DNA from: Candidatus Latescibacterota bacterium
GTDB lineage: Bacteria; Latescibacterota; UBA2968; GCA-2709665
Length of the DNA stretch: 64,000 nt
Assembly: GCA_963667175.2 (NCBI GenBank)
Contig: CAXXXF010000014.1
Coordinates: 224,001-288,000 of the forward strand
Reading direction: 5' to 3'
Below, piece after piece: positions 61,051 to 64,000 of this stretch (position 1 is its first letter; each line of letters opens with the position of its first letter). The position numbers and the translations under genes were made by a program. The notes beneath the pieces are model-generated. The model searched no databases. It was not told the origin of the DNA and saw only the letters and a program-made list of their open reading frames with translations.

Positions 61051-61260
61051 GCAGTGGTCAGTGGTCAGTGGTCAGTTAAAGGCGGTGAGAGGGTAGACGT
61101 TAGACGTGAGATGATATGATTGCGCCGTGCGGTTTCATTGCTTGCCAAAGGCATATAGGAACATCCAGTCAGGCAATGACGTCTTCTACCGTCTCCCGTC
61201 TCACCGATTTCAGGCGCCCTCACCTCCCGGCCACGTAAAGGCAGTGGTCAATGGTCAGTG
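61051..61260. repeat. Cluster of heptamer arrays (CAGTGGT; AGACGTG with inverted partner)
   Basis: cagtggtcagtggtcagtggtcagt; gtagacgttagacgtgaga vs ctaccgtctcccgtctcacc. Confidence 0.65.
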
Positions 61261-61483
61261 AGAGCAGCCGTCACCTTCCATTTGTACCCTGGAGCGGCAA
61301 ATAGGCGACGTCCAGGCCCCACCAAAGGAGAGTATGAGGATCTAAAGTACAGGATGTTCCCCGTAATGTATCCACTGTTCCGTACCGCAAAATTGGGCCC
61401 GGCCGTACGTCCGGACCCAACTGGTCATGATCGCAGTGAAACGAGCGTAAATCCCGGTATACGCCCACGCGACAGGCGCCCCT

Positions 61484-63952
61484 TCATTCCTCCGAAACAC
61501 GATCCATCACTTCCCGGTCGGCGTTGGCGGCAACCGCATTGGCATCCACAAATTGGAGCCCGTCACCCTTCTTGCTGATGCGCACCTCGCTCCCGGCGGT
61601 GAACTTGCCCTGCAGTATTTCTTCCGCCATGGGATCTTCCACCAGCTTCTGAATGGTGCGCTTCAGCTGACGCGCGCCGTAAGTCGGGTCGTACCCCTTT
61701 TCCGCCAGCAGCGCCTTGGCCCCCGGCGTGAGGCTGATCGCGATCTCCCGCTCCTTGAGGCGATCGAATATCTCCGCAATTTCGAGGTCGACGATCTGGA
61801 TGATCTCTTTCCGTTCGAGGGGATTGAAGACGACCATTTCGTCGAGCCGGTTCAAAAACTCGGGATTGAACGTTTTTTTGAGTTCCTCCTCGACGCGCTC
61901 CACCATCTTTTCACGGATGCTCTTCTTGTCGGACCGTTTGAATCCGAGCCCTCCGGCATTGGCCAGGTCGCGCGTGCCGAGATTGGACGTCATGATCAGG
62001 ATTGTATTCCTGAAATTGACCTTCCGGCCGAAGCTGTCGGTCAGACGCCCCTCGTCCAGGACCTGCAGGAGCAGGTTGAACACGTCAGGATGGGCTTTTT
62101 CAATCTCGTCGAGCAAAACCACCGAATAGGGCTTTCTGCGCACCTTTTCGGTCAGCTGACCGCCCTCGTCGTATCCAACGTATCCCGGCGGCGCCCCGAT
62201 CAGCCGGGAAACCGCGAACTTCTCCATATACTCCGACATATCCACCGTGATGAGCGCTTCCTCGTCGTCGAACAGGTACCTGGCGAGCGCCTGCGCCAGA
62301 TAGGTCTTGCCCACGCCCGTAGGCCCCAGGAAAAGAAACGTGCCGATGGGTCGATTCGGGTCTTTCAGCCCCGCCCGCGTCCGGCGGATGGAGCGGCAGA
62401 CCGTATCGACCGCCTCGTCCTGGCCGACCACCCGGCTCTTCACCTTCTCTCCCATGCGGAGCAGCTTCTCCGATTCCTCCTGCGCCAGCCGGAACGCGGG
62501 AATGCCCGTCATGCTGGAAATCACTTCCGCGATATCCTGCTCGGTCACCTCCACCACTTCGTCGCGGACCTTCTGCTCCCACTCCTGGCGCATCTCGTCG
62601 ACCTGTTCCTTCAGCTTCCGCTCCTGGTCTCTGAGCTTGGCCGCCTCTTCGAACTGCTGGCTGTTCGCAGCCGCGTTCTTCTGCCGCGTAATGTCCTCGA
62701 TTTCGAGTTCGAGCGTCTTGATTTCTTCAGGCGGGTTCAACCGGCCGAGTCGTACGCGGGATCCGGTTTCGTCGATCACGTCGATCGCCTTGTCAGGCAG
62801 ATGCCGGTCGCTGATATAACGGTCGGCCATGCGAACGGCGCTCTCAACCGCGTCCTCGGTATAGGTGACCAGATGGTGGGCCTCGAATTTCTCTTTCAGA
62901 CCCTTGAGGATGTCTATGGCGTCGTCCACCGACGGCGAATCGACCAGAATGGTCTGAAAACGGCGTTCCAGCGCGCCGTCCTTCTCGATGTACTTGCGGT
63001 ATTCGTCCAGCGTGGTGGCGCCGATGCACTGGAGTTCGCCCCTCGAAAACGCCGGCTTGAACATGTTGGAGGCGTCCAGCGTTCCCTCGGCACTCCCGGC
63101 GCCAACGATCGTATGCAACTCGTCGATGAAAATTACGACGTCCTTGTTCTGCTGGAGCTCGTTCATGACCGCCTTGATGCGCTCTTCGAACTGACCGCGG
63201 TACTTGGTTCCCGCGACCATGCCGCCCATATCCAGCGTAACGATGCGTTTGTCCGCCAACAACTGCGGCACGCGGCGTTCCACGATGCGCTGGGCGAGAC
63301 CTTCGACGATCGCCGTTTTCCCCACCCCCGGTTCTCCGATGAGCACCGGGTTGTTCTTCTTGCGCCGGCTGAGCACCTGAGACACCCGTTCAATCTCCCG
63401 CTCCCTGCCGATGACCGGATCCAGCTTGCCCTCGCGCGCCAGTTCGGTCAGATCGCGACCGAAGTGGTCCAGATACGGGGTCTTGCTCTTCTTCTTTTCG
63501 CGTTTACCCGTCGGCTTCCCCTGCAAAACAGCAATCACCTCCTCCTTCACGGTCTTGTAGTCGACGCCAAATCCCACCAGAATCTGCGCGGCAATCGTCT
63601 CTTTGTCCTTCACGAGCGCCACCAGCAGATGACAGGTTCGAACGTCCCGGCTCTTCATCTCTTTGGCTTCGGAGGCCGCGATTTCGAGTATCTGCTTTGC
63701 CCTCGGCGTGAAGGGCACGTCGCCCATGGTCATCGACCCGCCGGAATACGCGACATAGTCGTCGATCGACTGTTTGATCTTGTCCAGGTTCAATCCCAGA
63801 TTCAACATCACGTTAACGGCCGAGCCCTTTCCCTCCCGGATGATGCCAAGCAACAGGTGCTCGCTGCTGATGTGATTATTGCCCAGCCGGGCCGCCTCTT
63901 CGCGGACCAGTCGCATCACTCGCTTCACCCGATCCGAAAATCTGCTGTTCAT
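61484..63952 (-). CDS. clpC: ATP-dependent Clp protease ATPase subunit ClpC
   Basis: Clp N repeats, [11 protein letters not shown] motif [21 protein letters not shown] ClpP-docking loop. Confidence 0.95.
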   Translation of the reverse strand: MNSRFSDRVKRVMRLVREEAARLGNNHISSEHLLLGIIREGKGSAVNVMLNLGLNLDKIKQSIDDYVAYSGGSMTMGDVPFTPRAKQILEIAASEAKEMKSRDVRTCHLLVALVKDKETIAAQILVGFGVDYKTVKEEVIAVLQGKPTGKREKKKSKTPYLDHFGRDLTELAREGKLDPVIGREREIERVSQVLSRRKKNNPVLIGEPGVGKTAIVEGLAQRIVERRVPQLLADKRIVTLDMGGMVAGTKYRGQFEERIKAVMNELQQNKDVVIFIDELHTIVGAGSAEGTLDASNMFKPAFSRGELQCIGATTLDEYRKYIEKDGALERRFQTILVDSPSVDDAIDILKGLKEKFEAHHLVTYTEDAVESAVRMADRYISDRHLPDKAIDVIDETGSRVRLGRLNPPEEIKTLELEIEDITRQKNAAANSQQFEEAAKLRDQERKLKEQVDEMRQEWEQKVRDEVVEVTEQDIAEVISSMTGIPAFRLAQEESEKLLRMGEKVKSRVVGQDEAVDTVCRSIRRTRAGLKDPNRPIGTFLFLGPTGVGKTYLAQALARYLFDDEEALITVDMSEYMEKFAVSRLIGAPPGYVGYDEGGQLTEKVRRKPYSVVLLDEIEKAHPDVFNLLLQVLDEGRLTDSFGRKVNFRNTILIMTSNLGTRDLANAGGLGFKRSDKKSIREKMVERVEEELKKTFNPEFLNRLDEMVVFNPLERKEIIQIVDLEIAEIFDRLKEREIAISLTPGAKALLAEKGYDPTYGARQLKRTIQKLVEDPMAEEILQGKFTAGSEVRISKKGDGLQFVDANAVAANADREVMDRVSEE

Positions 63953-64000
63953 GGGATATGTCTCCTCCGAACCCTCATCTATGGCCGCAGGGCCGCGTCT

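Overview
A GC-rich window from a diderm bacterium. The clpC-bamA-skp-fabZ order, CIRCE-controlled groESL and many Gfo/Idh/MocA, aldo-keto reductase, amidohydrolase and UxuA paralogues suggest an FCB-related lineage such as Latescibacterota (inference only). Housekeeping blocks lie at both ends (ftsY, iscS, mrp, moeB, groESL, sodN, rnr, purF; aapJQMP, fabZ, skp, bamA, clpC) around an accessory catabolic region, which includes a Co-type nitrile hydratase preceded by an Fe/2OG enzyme with a halogenase-type H-S-G motif. The most striking content is a layered mobilome. (1) An RT-encoding group II intron (50548-52525) and a near-identical ORF-less sibling (20085-20842) share an EBS1 (CAUGGAU) that matches the end of a dispersed 9-bp-period repeat, with empty candidate target sites in the same window. 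(2) A 509-aa non-DDE, non-HUH transposase-like ORF has a KMYDK..RIE motif and hairpin ends. (3) A family of mostly 33-bp CCTG...CAGG palindromic elements inserts at R^C, nests up to three deep and sits in frame inside a protein gene. (4) Heptamer and nonamer repeat arrays, MITE-like units and a low-GC island with an IS1595-like remnant, a solo Cas2/VapD-like gene and a frameshifted HsdR_N-DUF4357 gene fill the intergenic space. No rRNA, tRNA or CRISPR array was seen. All calls come from reading motifs by eye; no database search was run.
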